Assembly (NCBI RefSeq): GCF_009914755.1
Contig: NC_060937.1
Strand: one strand, 5' to 3'
DNA length: 64,000 nt
Source: the human T2T-CHM13v2.0 reference genome, Homo sapiens
The number at the start of each line of letters is the position of its first letter. Within the stretch, counting starts at the first letter, position 1. Below the pieces are notes generated by a model. That model was not told where the DNA came from and did not search any database. It saw nothing but the letters and a program-made list of their open reading frames with translations. A program made the translations under genes and the position numbers. Shown here in pieces: positions 49,610 through 63,100 of the stretch.

Positions 49610-50640
49610 CTTTGTGGTTTTATCTACCTTTGGTCTTTGATGATGGTGACGTACAGATGGGTTTTTGGTGTGGATGTCCTTCCTGTTTGTTAGTTTTCCT
49701 TCTAACAGACAGGACCCTCAGCTGCAGGTCTGTTGGAGTTTGCTAGAGGTCCACCCCAGACCCTGTTTGCCTGGGTATCAGCAGCGGTGGCTGCAGAACA
49801 GCAGATATTGGTGAACTGCAAATGCTGCTGCCGAATCGTTCCTCTGGAAGTTTTGTCTCAGAGGAGTACCCGGCCGTGTGAGGTGTCAGTCCGCCCCTAC
49901 TGGGGGGTGCCTCCCAGTTAGGCTACTCGGGGGTCAGGGACCCACTTGAGGAGGCAGTCTGCCCGTTCTCAGATCTCAATCTGTGTGCTGGGAGAACCAC
50001 TACTCTCTTCAAAGCTGTCAGACAGGGACATTTAAGTCTGCAGAGGTTACTGCTGTCTTTTTGTTTGTCTGTGCCCTGCCTGCAGAAGTGGAGCCTACAG
50101 AGGCAGGCAGGCCTCCTTGAGCTGTGGTGGGCTCCACCCAGTTTGAGCTTCCCCGCTGCTTTGTTTACCTAATCAATTCTCAGCAATGGCGGGCGCCCCT
50201 TCCCCAGTCTCACTGCCACCTTGCAATTTGATCTCAGACTGCTGTGCTAGCAATGAGCGAGACTCTATGGGCGTAGGACCCTCTGAGCCATGTGCGGGAT
50301 ATAATCTCCTCGTGTGCCGTTTTTCAAGCCCATTGGGAAAGCGCAGTATTAGGGTGGGAGTGACCTGATTTTCCAGGTGCCATCTGTCACCCATTTCTTT
50401 GACTAGGAAAGGGAATTCCCTGACCCCTTGCACTTCCCAGGTGAGGCAATGCCTCGCCCTGCTTTGGCTCGCACACGATCCGCTGCACCCACTGTCCTGC
50501 ACCCACTGTCTGGCACACCCCAGTGAGATGAAGCCGGTACCTCAGTTTGAAATGCAGAAATCACCCATCTTCTGCGTTGCTCACGCTGGGAGCTGTAGAC
50601 CGGAGCTGTTCCTATTCGGCCATCTTGGCTCCTCCCCCAC
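49610..50640. promoter_or_regulatory. L1 5'UTR: sense promoter (antisense to NBEA, intact YY1 site at 50618-50626) and antisense promoter (co-directional with NBEA)
   Basis: Complete ~1030-nt 5'UTR with residual CpGs. Promoter activity is inferred from the family, not shown by the sequence. Confidence 0.7.
50186..50368 (+). pseudogene. ORF0: L1 ORF0, truncated at 60 aa by a premature TGA
   Basis: MAGAPSPVSLPPCNLISDCCASNERDSMGVGPSEP... matches the primate L1 antisense ORF0 (71 aa when intact). TGA at 50366-50368 replaces an Arg (CGA) codon. Confidence 0.9.
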
Positions 50641-51973
50641 CCGCCATTATTTTTTTGGACATTGTTTCAGCTCTGCCGACTTTCTCCTCTCCTTCTAGGA
50701 TTCCAGTGACACAAATGCTAAATGTTGTGCTCCACAGATCCCTAAGGCTCTGTTCACTTTTTCCTCTATTTCCTTCTGTTATTCAGTTTGCATAATTTCT
50801 ATTATCCTGTCTTCCAATTAAGTGATTCCTCCCTCTGTTCCTTCTGTTCTGCTGTTGAGCACAACTACTGAGCTTTTATTTTGGTTATTATATTTGTCAG
50901 TTCAAAAACTTCTGTTTGGTTCTTCTTTACATCTTCTGTTTCTTTTCTGAGAGTTTCTATTTCTTTGCTAAGTGTATTTTTTTCATTCATTTCAAGCATT
51001 TTCATAATTGCTTATTGAAGTATATTTTCAATCATGGCTCTTTTAAATTCTCTGCCATTTCGATGTTGGCATTTTAGGGTGATCTTTTTACATTCCCTTG
51101 GATATTTTCCAGGTTCTTGATATGACAAGTGATTTTAGATTGAAACCTGGACCTTTTCTTATTTTTTTCTGAGATAATTTATTTTATTTAAACCTTCTAT
51201 TTAGACTTCCTGTAACATTGCTTCATCTGGAAGTGGGGACACTGCCTTATATCTGCTAGATGGTGGTAGAAATCTAAGTTCTTCACTTGGCCTCCATTGA
51301 AACCCAGTGAGTCGGAGGCTCTTCTTTACTGCTTGATGGGGGTGGGAGTTCCCTGTCCCCATGTGATGTCCACTGGTGGGCTGGCCTCATTGCTGTTTGT
51401 CAGCAGTGAAAGTCCTGACTCTGCAGTAGGCTTACTCTGACACTTCCCCAGTGGGGAGGGGGAGGGATGCCCCATTACTGTCCAATGGGAGGTGGAAATC
51501 CAACCTCTCCACATGGTCTCCACTGACTCCATGTGAGTGGGGCACCTTGTTACCAGCCAGCAGAGATGAAGTCCTGGCTGTCGACTTGGTGTTCTCTGAT
51601 ACCACCCAGCAAGGGTGTTGGGTGTCTCATTACACCTTCATGAGGGTACATGTCTGGGTTTCACACCCATCCTTTGCTGGTGTAGGTCAGGTGGGGACAC
51701 AATTTTTCTGTGATGTTTGGCTGGAGTATAGCAGTTGTCTGAAAGTTTTCTATCTTGCTAAACTGCTGTTTTTTTTTGATCTTTTGACTAGAGGGAGCAG
51801 GCTTTTGCTGGGGCTTTTTGTTTGTTTGTTTGTACTCATTGGTCTATCTGGGCTGTTGGCCTCTTTGCCTCCAAGTGTGGGATATATGAAACAAAAACAA
51901 CTCATCAATATGTTGTTCCTTAGGTCCTGGGGTCCTTAGCCAGTCTGCCTTTTCTCACCTTTCAGAGTCTTCT

Positions 51974-52153
51974 CTTTTTTAAAATCTATTTTAATAGGTT
52001 TCTGGGGAACAGGCAGTATTTGGTTATGTGAATAAGTTATTTAAGTGGTGACTTCTGAGATTTTGGTGCACCCATCACCTGAGCAGTGTACCCTATACCC
52101 AATGTGTAGTCTTTTATTTCTCACCCACCTCCCACCCTTTCCCCTGAGTCCCC

Positions 52154-52202
<49 letters not shown>

Positions 52203-52948
52203 ACACATTTTCTTTATCCACTCACTGATTGATGGGTATTTGGGCTGGTTTTGTATTTTTGCAATTGCAAATTGTGCTGCTATAAACATGCATGTGCAAG
52301 TTTCTTTTTTGTATAATGACTTCTTTTCCTCTGAGTAGATACCCAGGAGTGGCATTGCTGGATCAAATGGTAGCTCTACTTTTAGTTCTTGAAGGAATCT
52401 CCACACTGTTTTTCATTGTGGGTATACCACTTTACATTCCCACCAACAGTGTAAAATGTTTACATTCTCACCACATCCACACCAACATTTTTTTTTTGAA
52501 TTTTTTGATTATGTTCATTCTTGGAGGAGCGTGGTGGTATTGCATTGTGGTTTTAATTTGCATTTCTCTGATAATTAATGATATTGAGCATTCTTTCATA
52601 GGTTTGTTGGCCATTTGTCAATCTTATTTTGAAAATTGTCTATTCATGTCCTTAGCCCACTTTTCGATGGGATTGGTTGTTTTGTTCTTGCTGATTTGTC
52701 TGGATTCCTGTTGCCCAATGTATAGATTATGAAAATTTTCTCCCATTTTATGGGTTGTCTGTTTACTCTACTGATTATTTCTTTTGCTGTGCAAAAGGAA
52801 GCTTTTTAGTTTAATTAAGTCCCATCTATTTATCCTTCTTTTTGTTGCACTTACTTCTGGGTTCTTGGTCATGAAGTCTTTGCCTAAGCCAATGTCTAGA
52901 AGAGTTTTTCCAGTGTTATCTTCTAGAATTTGTATGGGGTTTCAGGTC
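51974..52948 (-). mobile_element. 5'-truncated L1PB1-like with an internal deletion
   Basis: L1PB 3'UTR plus ORF2 peptide LQELKVELPFDPAMPLLGIY; 13-bp TSD TTCAGAGTCTTCT at 51961-51973 and 52949-52961. Confidence 0.9.
52157..52200. repeat. (GT)22 microsatellite inside L1PB1
   Basis: Perfect dinucleotide run. Confidence 0.98.
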
Positions 52949-53499
52949 TTCAGAGTCTTCTTATGTTTGTTTTACATACTCTTTCCAGAACTGTTCAGCT
53001 GCCCTTACAGAAGAATAGGGAAGAGTATGTCTATGGTTAGAAATTTTAGATAACATTAGCTCTCTGACCACTTTTGGTGAATTTTGACTTAATTTTAACA
53101 TAATCTTAATGAAAATCAATATAGCATGATTTTAGCATGGTCTTCCTTAAATTACTGGGATTAGTTTGTATTTGTAAGGACAGAAATCATCCTATTTTAA
53201 ATTAGGGAGGTATACTATTTATTACTATTATTCATCAAGTAATCATTATTTAACAGAAGAATTAAGTTGTAATTATGATGTACAGGAAAAATAAGTGCAT
53301 TAAAGCATACTTCAAAGACTTACAATTTTAGTTCTTTTTATATGCCCTTTATACTATTGGGTTTTTATAATGAAGTTATAGATAACAAAATTATATAGCC
53401 ATAAAATCTAAAATGCTTTTCAAAATGAAATTATTTTTCTCAATGGCCATACATTGAAAAAATCCATAGCTTTTTTTTGAAATTAAAAAAACGTTTTCA

Positions 53500-53610
53500 T
53501 TAATACAATGAATATTTAGTAAAAACATACTGTGGGCGAGACATTGTGCTAGAAATATAATGATGAGCAAAACATACATAGGTCCTGCCTTAATCAGACT
53601 TAAAGTGTTC
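53500..53610 (-). mobile_element. L2 3' fragment
   Basis: AGACATTGTGCTAGAAATATAATGATGAGCAAAACATACATAGGTCCTGCCTT. Confidence 0.55.
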
Positions 53611-54634
53611 TTCTACAGTAAAATATCAAAATAATGAAATGAAATCTTCTAGGAAAGTATTTTATATGTTTTTATGAATAGTGCTGCTCTGGAAAATTAG
53701 AATATTATCTTTCGAGTGTATTACTCCACTACTAGATGCAGAAAAATTGACGTCTTAAGCAGTGGTATTTATTACTAATGTTTATTGAAAATAAATTGAA
53801 AACAAAAATTATATGATGAAATGTTTCATTGGCTATATAATGGGCTATTTCCATCATTTCTGAAATATCTCTTGGATTTTTAGTATTGGTTTAGAGTATA
53901 AAAGACAGTGATGGCCAATGTTGGCCGTGGCTATTAATGGTTTATATTAGTTGAAAGCTGTAGAATCATCCAAGAACTCTATTAGCATTAGAGTAACAAT
54001 TTACCAAGACAATTACCACATACTGGAAATTTTTGCAGCTCTAATTCAGTATTATTAATAATGGATAAAATTGCATTTTTCTCAGGTTGCTGTGGGCAGC
54101 GGGGAATTATTTCAATGAATATTTCAGCACATTATTTTAATCATTTTTCCACCAAATCCAAGTGGGCAATATTTTATACTTCTTAATTCAGCCTACTAAG
54201 AAACCATGGTCATTAAATTGTAAACTATTTGTAGTGAGGTCTATTCCGTGATTTACAACCCTTGTTAAAAACAGTGTAAAAGAAAGCAAACTGTACCATT
54301 ACTACGGTGTAATTTGATGTTGCCTTTGTTACTAAACTCCACATGATTAATGCTTTTAGTAGAAAGAAGAAAGTTTTAAAAAATAAAAAGCAGAGCTGAG
54401 TGGTATAATACCTGAAATATGAGAATGTTATTATTTTAAGTCTTTTTCACTTGTAGAGGAAATATATATATATATGTATATATATACACAAATACAAGTG
54501 TAAAATATAAGTATCTCCAAAATTATCTTAATTTTTCAATGAGACCAACAAAATAACTTCAATTTTATAGAAAAATGTATTTCCAGCTATGCATTGTTAT
54601 TAATAGGGATTACTTTTTTTCCCTCTACTCTTAG

Positions 54635-54759
54635 CCAATTGCATGATTTCTGGCGTTTGGATTACTGGGAAGATGATCTTCGTCGAAGGAGACGATTTGT
54701 TCGCAATGCATTTGGCTCCACTCATGCTGAAGCATTGCTGAAAGCTGCAATAGAATATG
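54635..54759 (+). CDS. NBEA: Internal coding exon of neurobeachin (DUF1088 region), 125 nt, phase 2 in / phase 1 out
   Basis: Acceptor TTTTTTTCCCTCTACTCTTAG ends at 54634; donor TATG|GTTAGT starts at 54760. Open frame of 1 nt + 41 codons + 1 nt reads QLHDFWRLDYWEDDLRRRRRFVRNAFGSTHAEALLKAAIEY. FWRLDYWEDDLRRRRRFVRN is the NBEA/LRBA motif, and the flanks QLHD and AFGSTHAEALLK match NBEA rather than LRBA as I recall them. Confidence 0.95.
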
Positions 54760-55134
54760 GTTAGTACCAATGCTTCTTCCACAAAAATACTTCTGGATGT
54801 GAGGTGACTCCTTGTGTTTGAGAATTCCTTCTTTTTTTTTCGCTAGTATTTAATGTTCTCCATGTCTTGAGTCAGAAATATTTTGTTCTGCTTTATCCTT
54901 CAGCATCATTTAGGTTACTGTTAATCAACCCAATATTTCTCAGATTAGATATATTTTTGTAGCCTTCAACTTATTTTTAAGAGCTAAATGGACTTCACAT
55001 AGTTAGTTATTAACTAACAGTCCTTTCATATATCCTAACACAAGAATAAAATCAATTTCTTTCTCGGTGTCTTTCAAACTTTGATGACCAAGACCCATAG
55101 TAAATACTGTGATCCTGTACTCAGACTTAGATAT

Positions 55135-55265
55135 TTTATGTATAAATTTGTTTCTGTGTACATACTTATATATACTGCATTAATATACATATACACATGT
55201 AATATATATACATATGTATACTGTGAGTATATGTTTATGTATGCATATACATATTGTATATATTA
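55135..55265. repeat. Degenerate (TA/CA/TG)n low-complexity tract
   Basis: Imperfect alternating purine-pyrimidine sequence. Confidence 0.75.
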
Positions 55266-57289
55266 AAAAAGTTTTATTTATAACCTCTTTATATGATATT
55301 TTGTTTTAATCCCACCTATTCCTTTCAGCTTAATAAAATAGAATTTAAAATCTTGTTATAAGCTGCCAATTTAAATTTCCAGTCCTCCAATGCACTACAA
55401 ATGAAGTTTGAAAAAGATGGTCTCCTACTTACAGTATCATTAATTATCACACTACAGTAGAACTATACCCTAAATTGTTCTTTATAAACTGTACAATCAC
55501 AAATACCAAAATATTTTTGTAGTTTAATAAAAATGCTGCTACTTTAGATTGTTTTCTGCTAAGAAGTATCTTAGGAACATTTGGTCTACTTGCCCATTTT
55601 TAAATGCTGTAACAAGTTAAAGTGTGATGGGGTATATCAGAATTTTACAAACCACATTCACTAAGGAAATACCAGTAATGAACACTGTCCATGTGTTTGT
55701 TATCCACTTTTGTTCTTCAATTACTTGTATTTTATTATATTAATTTTCTTTTATTTGGGAGTACTAAGTGAGCCATCTGTTTTTAAAATTTAAAAACAGT
55801 TGATAAATAGTATTATATCAAATCATAGTTTATGTCATGTAAAACCATTCATGTTCTTAATGAATTGAACAGGGAAGTAATAAAAAGACAAAATGTGTAA
55901 AGCTTTTAAAATTTCTTTTCCCAGTAAGCTATGAATTGCTATAACTTAATAAGCATCAAAATATCATTAAAAATAGATAAGGATTTCATATGAAACTGTT
56001 ATACCTAAGATAAAAGTTATACAGTAACTTTATATAGTAAAAGTAACTATGGAAAAAATATGCTGGAAAAAAATTATAGTTTGTCTTCTTTGAATAACTA
56101 AAAATAGCACCTAAGGATAATAGCCCTCTAAGGATTTGATACCAACTCAAAATGAGTTATCATTATGATCTTGTAGGAGAGAATCTTAGAAATATCTGCC
56201 TACCTAGTAGTGGCATGCTTTATAATATGATCTTAAAATTATTAAACCTTCATTTCATTTAACCAATAATTTAGACTTTTTCACCAATTAATCCTGAATT
56301 TATCTCATTTGAAAGTGGAAACATATAAAGACAATTTGTAACAGAGTTTATACTACAGTGATATCATTAGTAATACTGAGTTGCCAAAGCTTTAATTGTA
56401 CAGAATTCATATTATATTACATTCCACAATCTACAGATTACTTTTAAGCAAGGCTTTTTTTAGAAAAATGTTTGTATTTCTTCTTAAAAGTGAATACTTT
56501 GTGTGTTTAATTTGTAAAATAATTTCTAATAAACCAGTGTCAAAGCCTATAAGAAACAAAATTTAAAATCTTTGAATAAAATCTTTTTCAAACTGATAGT
56601 CATATTTTAATAAAATAGTAACTATTGTTAATGAACCTAAAGTAAAAAATAATACCGTAATTTTGAAATAGGTAAGAGGTGTGATACTAAATATTCTTTA
56701 TATGTACTATATTTTAAAATACAGTATTTATGAATTTTCAATCTGGATCATAAGCAACGTTCAGAACCCATTATCTATCCCTCTTGAGTTGTGTTCTGTT
56801 ATAAAAGAAAAGAGGAGTATGTTTTTATTATACCTATTAAGAACAAAGATGACACATCTACACAGTAAAATATTCAGGGAATCGACATGGTACTATTGGA
56901 GTTACTCCATGGTCATTCTAAGGTCAGGGAGTGGAAGACTAAAGAGAACTAAAACAATTTTATCTCCAAAAACAATTATCCTCTAACCTTCCTCACAGTT
57001 CACAAGTCTATGGACTTTAGGACTGAGTGGAGAGTTGGGAGTAAATACAGAGGATGTAGAGAAGGTGAGTGGGAAGCTCTCCCTGGAGTGATCTATACGT
57101 AGAAGTAGAGGGAAGAATCACAAATTGACGAGAGAAATTTAGTATTGTGCCTTCTTCCTACCTCTTAATGTGCACTCTAACCTATATAGAAAATATCTCT
57201 TCAGAAGAAATAGGAAGTACATGTCAATAATTATTACAAAGCACTTAATCCAGTAAATGTTGAAAAACTTAATTCAAAACAGATTTTGT

Positions 57290-58450
<1,161 letters not shown>

Positions 58451-58794
58451 AAAAAAGAAAACAGATTTCATATTTTTAAAGAAAGATTTTGTATATACAA
58501 ATTGCCAGGACGTCCATGTAAAAGTTAAAAAAAAATAGCCTGACGTCTGAATATTCCATCTGCCGTTAAACATTTAAATGTGTTTAAGTATTTTGAAGTC
58601 TGGCATTGTATAGACTAACATCCAAATGACTTAATGTTTTGGAGTTGTATAGATGTAGATTAAGAGTATATTGATAGCACAAACCTGCAAATTCTGACTA
58701 AACTACTAGAATAAATTGAAATTCAACTGATCTCTTCCTCTGTGTTAAATAATGACACTATTTCAATTTCCCTGTTGTTAAATTCTACTGTGAA

Positions 58795-59156
<362 letters not shown>

Positions 59157-61457
59157 TTATATTGATCCACATGGTAGCAACAAAAAAGATTTTAGGTACA
59201 AAAGAACATTTTATAGATGGAACTTTCAGAATGTCTAGAAGTATTTGAATTAGTTATCAAAGTTTTCAGAATTTTCAACATGTTGTCTACACTGGGAGAA
59301 CAAGCTTAAATTACTTAGAAAGAAAATTTTTACATGACCATCAAAGCAATCCCTGGGATTTGAACCATTGATTTCGTCTTATCTATTAATGTAGTAAGTA
59401 TACTGTAGTTCAAGAATATAAGCCTTTATTAGTGTAATAGAAGTGAAACTGATTTTGCAGACTTCATGTTTTAATAAAAATATCTTGAGTCATTTGATTT
59501 TTTCTAATATCCTAAATTCAACTAAACATTTTAAATTACAGTTGCATTTTCATGTGATGGGAAGGAACATTTAGCCATCATTTGGATTTCATGACATTAT
59601 TTTCAGGCAATTTATTTGGTGCCTCAAATATATTAATAATATATTGGCAATGCTTTCTTTTAAATGAGCAAACAATCAGAATTGGATATAATTTCAAGGA
59701 AATAAAGGAAAATAATTTTATTTCATATTTACTTTGAAAAGCTTTCCCTTCAATTTCATTATTAAAACTTGGTTGACCTTTTTCAGTTGGAAAATATCCT
59801 TTATACTGATGGAGTTTTTCATGCTTTTTTAGTAATACTAATGAGTTGAATAATTTATGAGGTTGTCATGTGCAAAAGATTTTGTGTGATTTGATATACT
59901 TTCAGCCTCTGGTGTTGGAATGTGATTAATGAAAACCTAGAGGCAGGTAATTTTTTCCCTGCTGGTTAGTGTTCTAATTTTGCGTGTATTTAATGTGTTA
60001 TTTAGGTGTTTTCTAATAGTAAAATCTCATACAAGTGAAAATTTAATTGATTACCATGAATTTTATGGACCATAGCAATGGAACAGTATAAGGAAAATAT
60101 TTTAAAACTCATAAACTCACCTTCTGATCTGCAGAATTCTTTTTCTTTTGAGCAAATGAGCTAATAGGGAAATGATTGAAAAAGGAGGGTTTTGTATATT
60201 GTTTATATATTAAAATAAAACCTAGACTAGTCAAATTCTGGTGCATTTCTAGCATGTCAATATTGTAGTTGTCGAAGAATGGTACAAAATCTTAAGTTTG
60301 ATTGTCTTTGTTGACTGTCAATTATTATTTAGGCCTCTGTTGCCCTTTCATAAAATTACAGTGGAACAATGTTTCATCAAAACCTAAGACTGCAAGCACC
60401 TCCATGTCTGTGATCAAAGACAGCATCTTAAATAGGTCTGATCAGGCATCGTAGAAGAGAGCAGACTGCTTCAGCCTGAGGAAAAAAAAAACATGGAGCA
60501 AAAATGACAAAGTTAATCAGTCATTTCTTTGGCAATAAATAATAAGATATGCTGAGAACTGCAAATGAGAACATTCTTATGTTCCTCAGAGATGTGTCTG
60601 CTTAACACCTGATTTATCTAAGCTTGTGAAGCCATCAAGTTATGACCTTGATGAATAAAAAGCAGCTCTGTAATGAATCTGGAATTAAATTAGTTTTGAT
60701 GGTATATGCATGGCTACTGTAATGTGCTATTTTCAGCCATCAAGAATAAGAAAGGCAGTGAGAATAGAAAAATACTAAGACAGCTATACAATTGTTGAGA
60801 AAGAAGCTATCAAGTAATCTGACTTCATTTTTCAAGACTTTATAGTTCTTACAACATGTGAGAGAGATGACTTGATTTTGTAAAACCTAATAACCTATTG
60901 GTTGTATTATGTAGAGACTCTAGTAAACATCTTCATTATTGTTCATTGATAACTCCATTTTAGTTGGTGTATTATTAATTGGATCTCCTTATTTGAAATG
61001 AAATAGGTAATCTGGTTATGGTTTAAATAATTTATTGAAAGTTAATGATGTAAATTTTTAGAAAGAGAGAGAGAAAGACATGCAGGAAGTGTCTGTCAGC
61101 TCTTTTTGGTGTCAGTGTCATATTTTAGTATCATAGCCTTGTCTTCACCCTATGGTTTTTACAGTCTCTTAAAATAATTTCAATGGGTTATATAAAGGCT
61201 AAGTTACAAAATATTCTTATAAAATACATTTGACAGATATTATGTAGCATTTTCATATTAATAAATGTTCTAAGAGGCCACTTAGTTTTCTGTTGAAGGT
61301 TCAGATTGTAGATTTTAAACAGACTCAGAGGACTTGTGTAACTTTATTAATTTAAAAGCAGTTATTGAATAACTTCTACATACTATGCACGTGCTACCTG
61401 CTGGATTTGGAGACTGAGACAATCAGTTTCTTCCATCTAACAGCACATAGTTTACTG

Positions 61458-61628
61458 TAGTGATTCCCAACAGGGGCAGGGGTAGGAGTGCACTGCTGGC
61501 ATCTAATTGGTAGAAACCAGGAATGCTGCCTAAAATATCCTACCACATACAGGAGAGCTCCCCACAACAATGACAACAGCAAAATTCCAGCACGAAATAT
61601 CAATAGTACCGAAGTTTGAATAACCCTA
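61458..61628. mobile_element. MER20 (hAT-Charlie), lying within L2-like sequence
   Basis: CTGCTGGCATCTAATTGGTAGAAACCAGGAATGCTGCCTAAAATATCCTAC..CCCCACAACAA. Confidence 0.8.
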
Positions 61629-61980
61629 GTCCAGTGGAAAGGAATAAAGAAAATAAACAGTTATCATAGAGGGATGTAGTAGTTCCTAAAGGGGCACAGG
61701 GAGAGACAGTGACTTACTGAGTCTGGTTGGAGTAGGCTTCGTACAAGTAAAGGCTTATGAATTGTCTCAAGACTTGATTATGAATTTGCCAGGTTATCGG
61801 GGAGTAAAGGCAGAGGTCATAACAGAAATTACCATGGCATGGAGACATAAACGACCCTTACTCCTTTGAATGGCCTTAATATTTGGCATTTGATGACAAG
61901 TCACTTCATAAAGGTTTCAGAAGGTATTTTTATTTTAGATGTCTCATATTCCTAGATAAAACAAAAACCATTTGAGGATA

Positions 61981-62113
61981 AGATATATCTAATGTAAATG
62001 GCAAGTTAATGGGTGCAGCACACCAACATGGCACATGTATACATATGTAACAAACCTGCACGTTGTGCACATGTATCCTAGAACTTAAAGTATAATAAAA
62101 AATAAATAAATAA
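61981..62113 (+). mobile_element. Very short L1PA (PA4-6-like) 3' terminus
   Basis: GTTAATGGGTGCAGCACACCAACATGGCACATG...CTAGAACTTAAAGTATAATAAAA. Confidence 0.92.
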
Positions 62114-62242
62114 TTGAATTTGCATTTTAGAAAAAAAAAGAATCAGATCTTCTATCAGTTCCATTTGGAACATTCACATTAATACAATTCTTTGTGCTTA
62201 TTACTCAGTTGCTATTTTTTTATTTAATTTATACTTGATTGA

Positions 62243-62545
<303 letters not shown>

Positions 62546-62729
62546 CGATAACTGATTAATTTTAAGGTATACAAACAGATTTTAACCACACCATTCATCA
62601 CTTTGGGTAACAACATTGAAGGATGGATTTTCTATAAACTAGGTCTAGAAGGATGGTATTTCCAAATCATTTCTGACTGTCATGGAACTAATTTAGATCA
62701 TTGTTCAGAATCTTGCTTCTTTTAGACTA

Positions 62730-63100
62730 ATTTTTGGTAAAGTGTACACACAATCACATTTACAAGTGATTATAATATACAATTGTAATATTTTCATCAA
62801 AGTATATTAAAAATGTTATAGGAGCTCAGTAAAGAGGGTCGCCTAACTGAAGAAATATATTTTAGCTGGAGTCGAAAGGATGAATGGAAGTCTTCCCAAG
62901 CCAATGAGTGGGAGAGTGGCATTGTGGAAAAAGGGAGCACATAATACAACATAATGTATTCAAGGAATGGAAAATGGTACTAAATGATGGAACACAGGAT
63001 AGTGTGGGGAAATGGTATGAAGATGAGGCTGAAACACAGTTGTGGCCCTGCTGTGAAGGGGATTGTCGTTAAACAATTTTTATTTGGAAAATGACAAACC
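62730..63100 (-). mobile_element. L2 fragment
   Basis: Purine-rich AGCTGGAGTCGAAAGGATGAATGGAAG...GAAGATGAGGCTGAAA, typical of antisense L2. Confidence 0.5.

Noticed and set aside
54635-54759. LRBA or an NBEA pseudogene instead of NBEA
   Set aside because: As I recall, LRBA differs in the flanking residues. Intact splice sites, an open frame and large introns argue against a processed copy. Not verified by alignment.
54600-54782. 60-aa minus-strand ORF over the exon
   Set aside because: Antisense shadow of the NBEA exon with no recognisable similarity.
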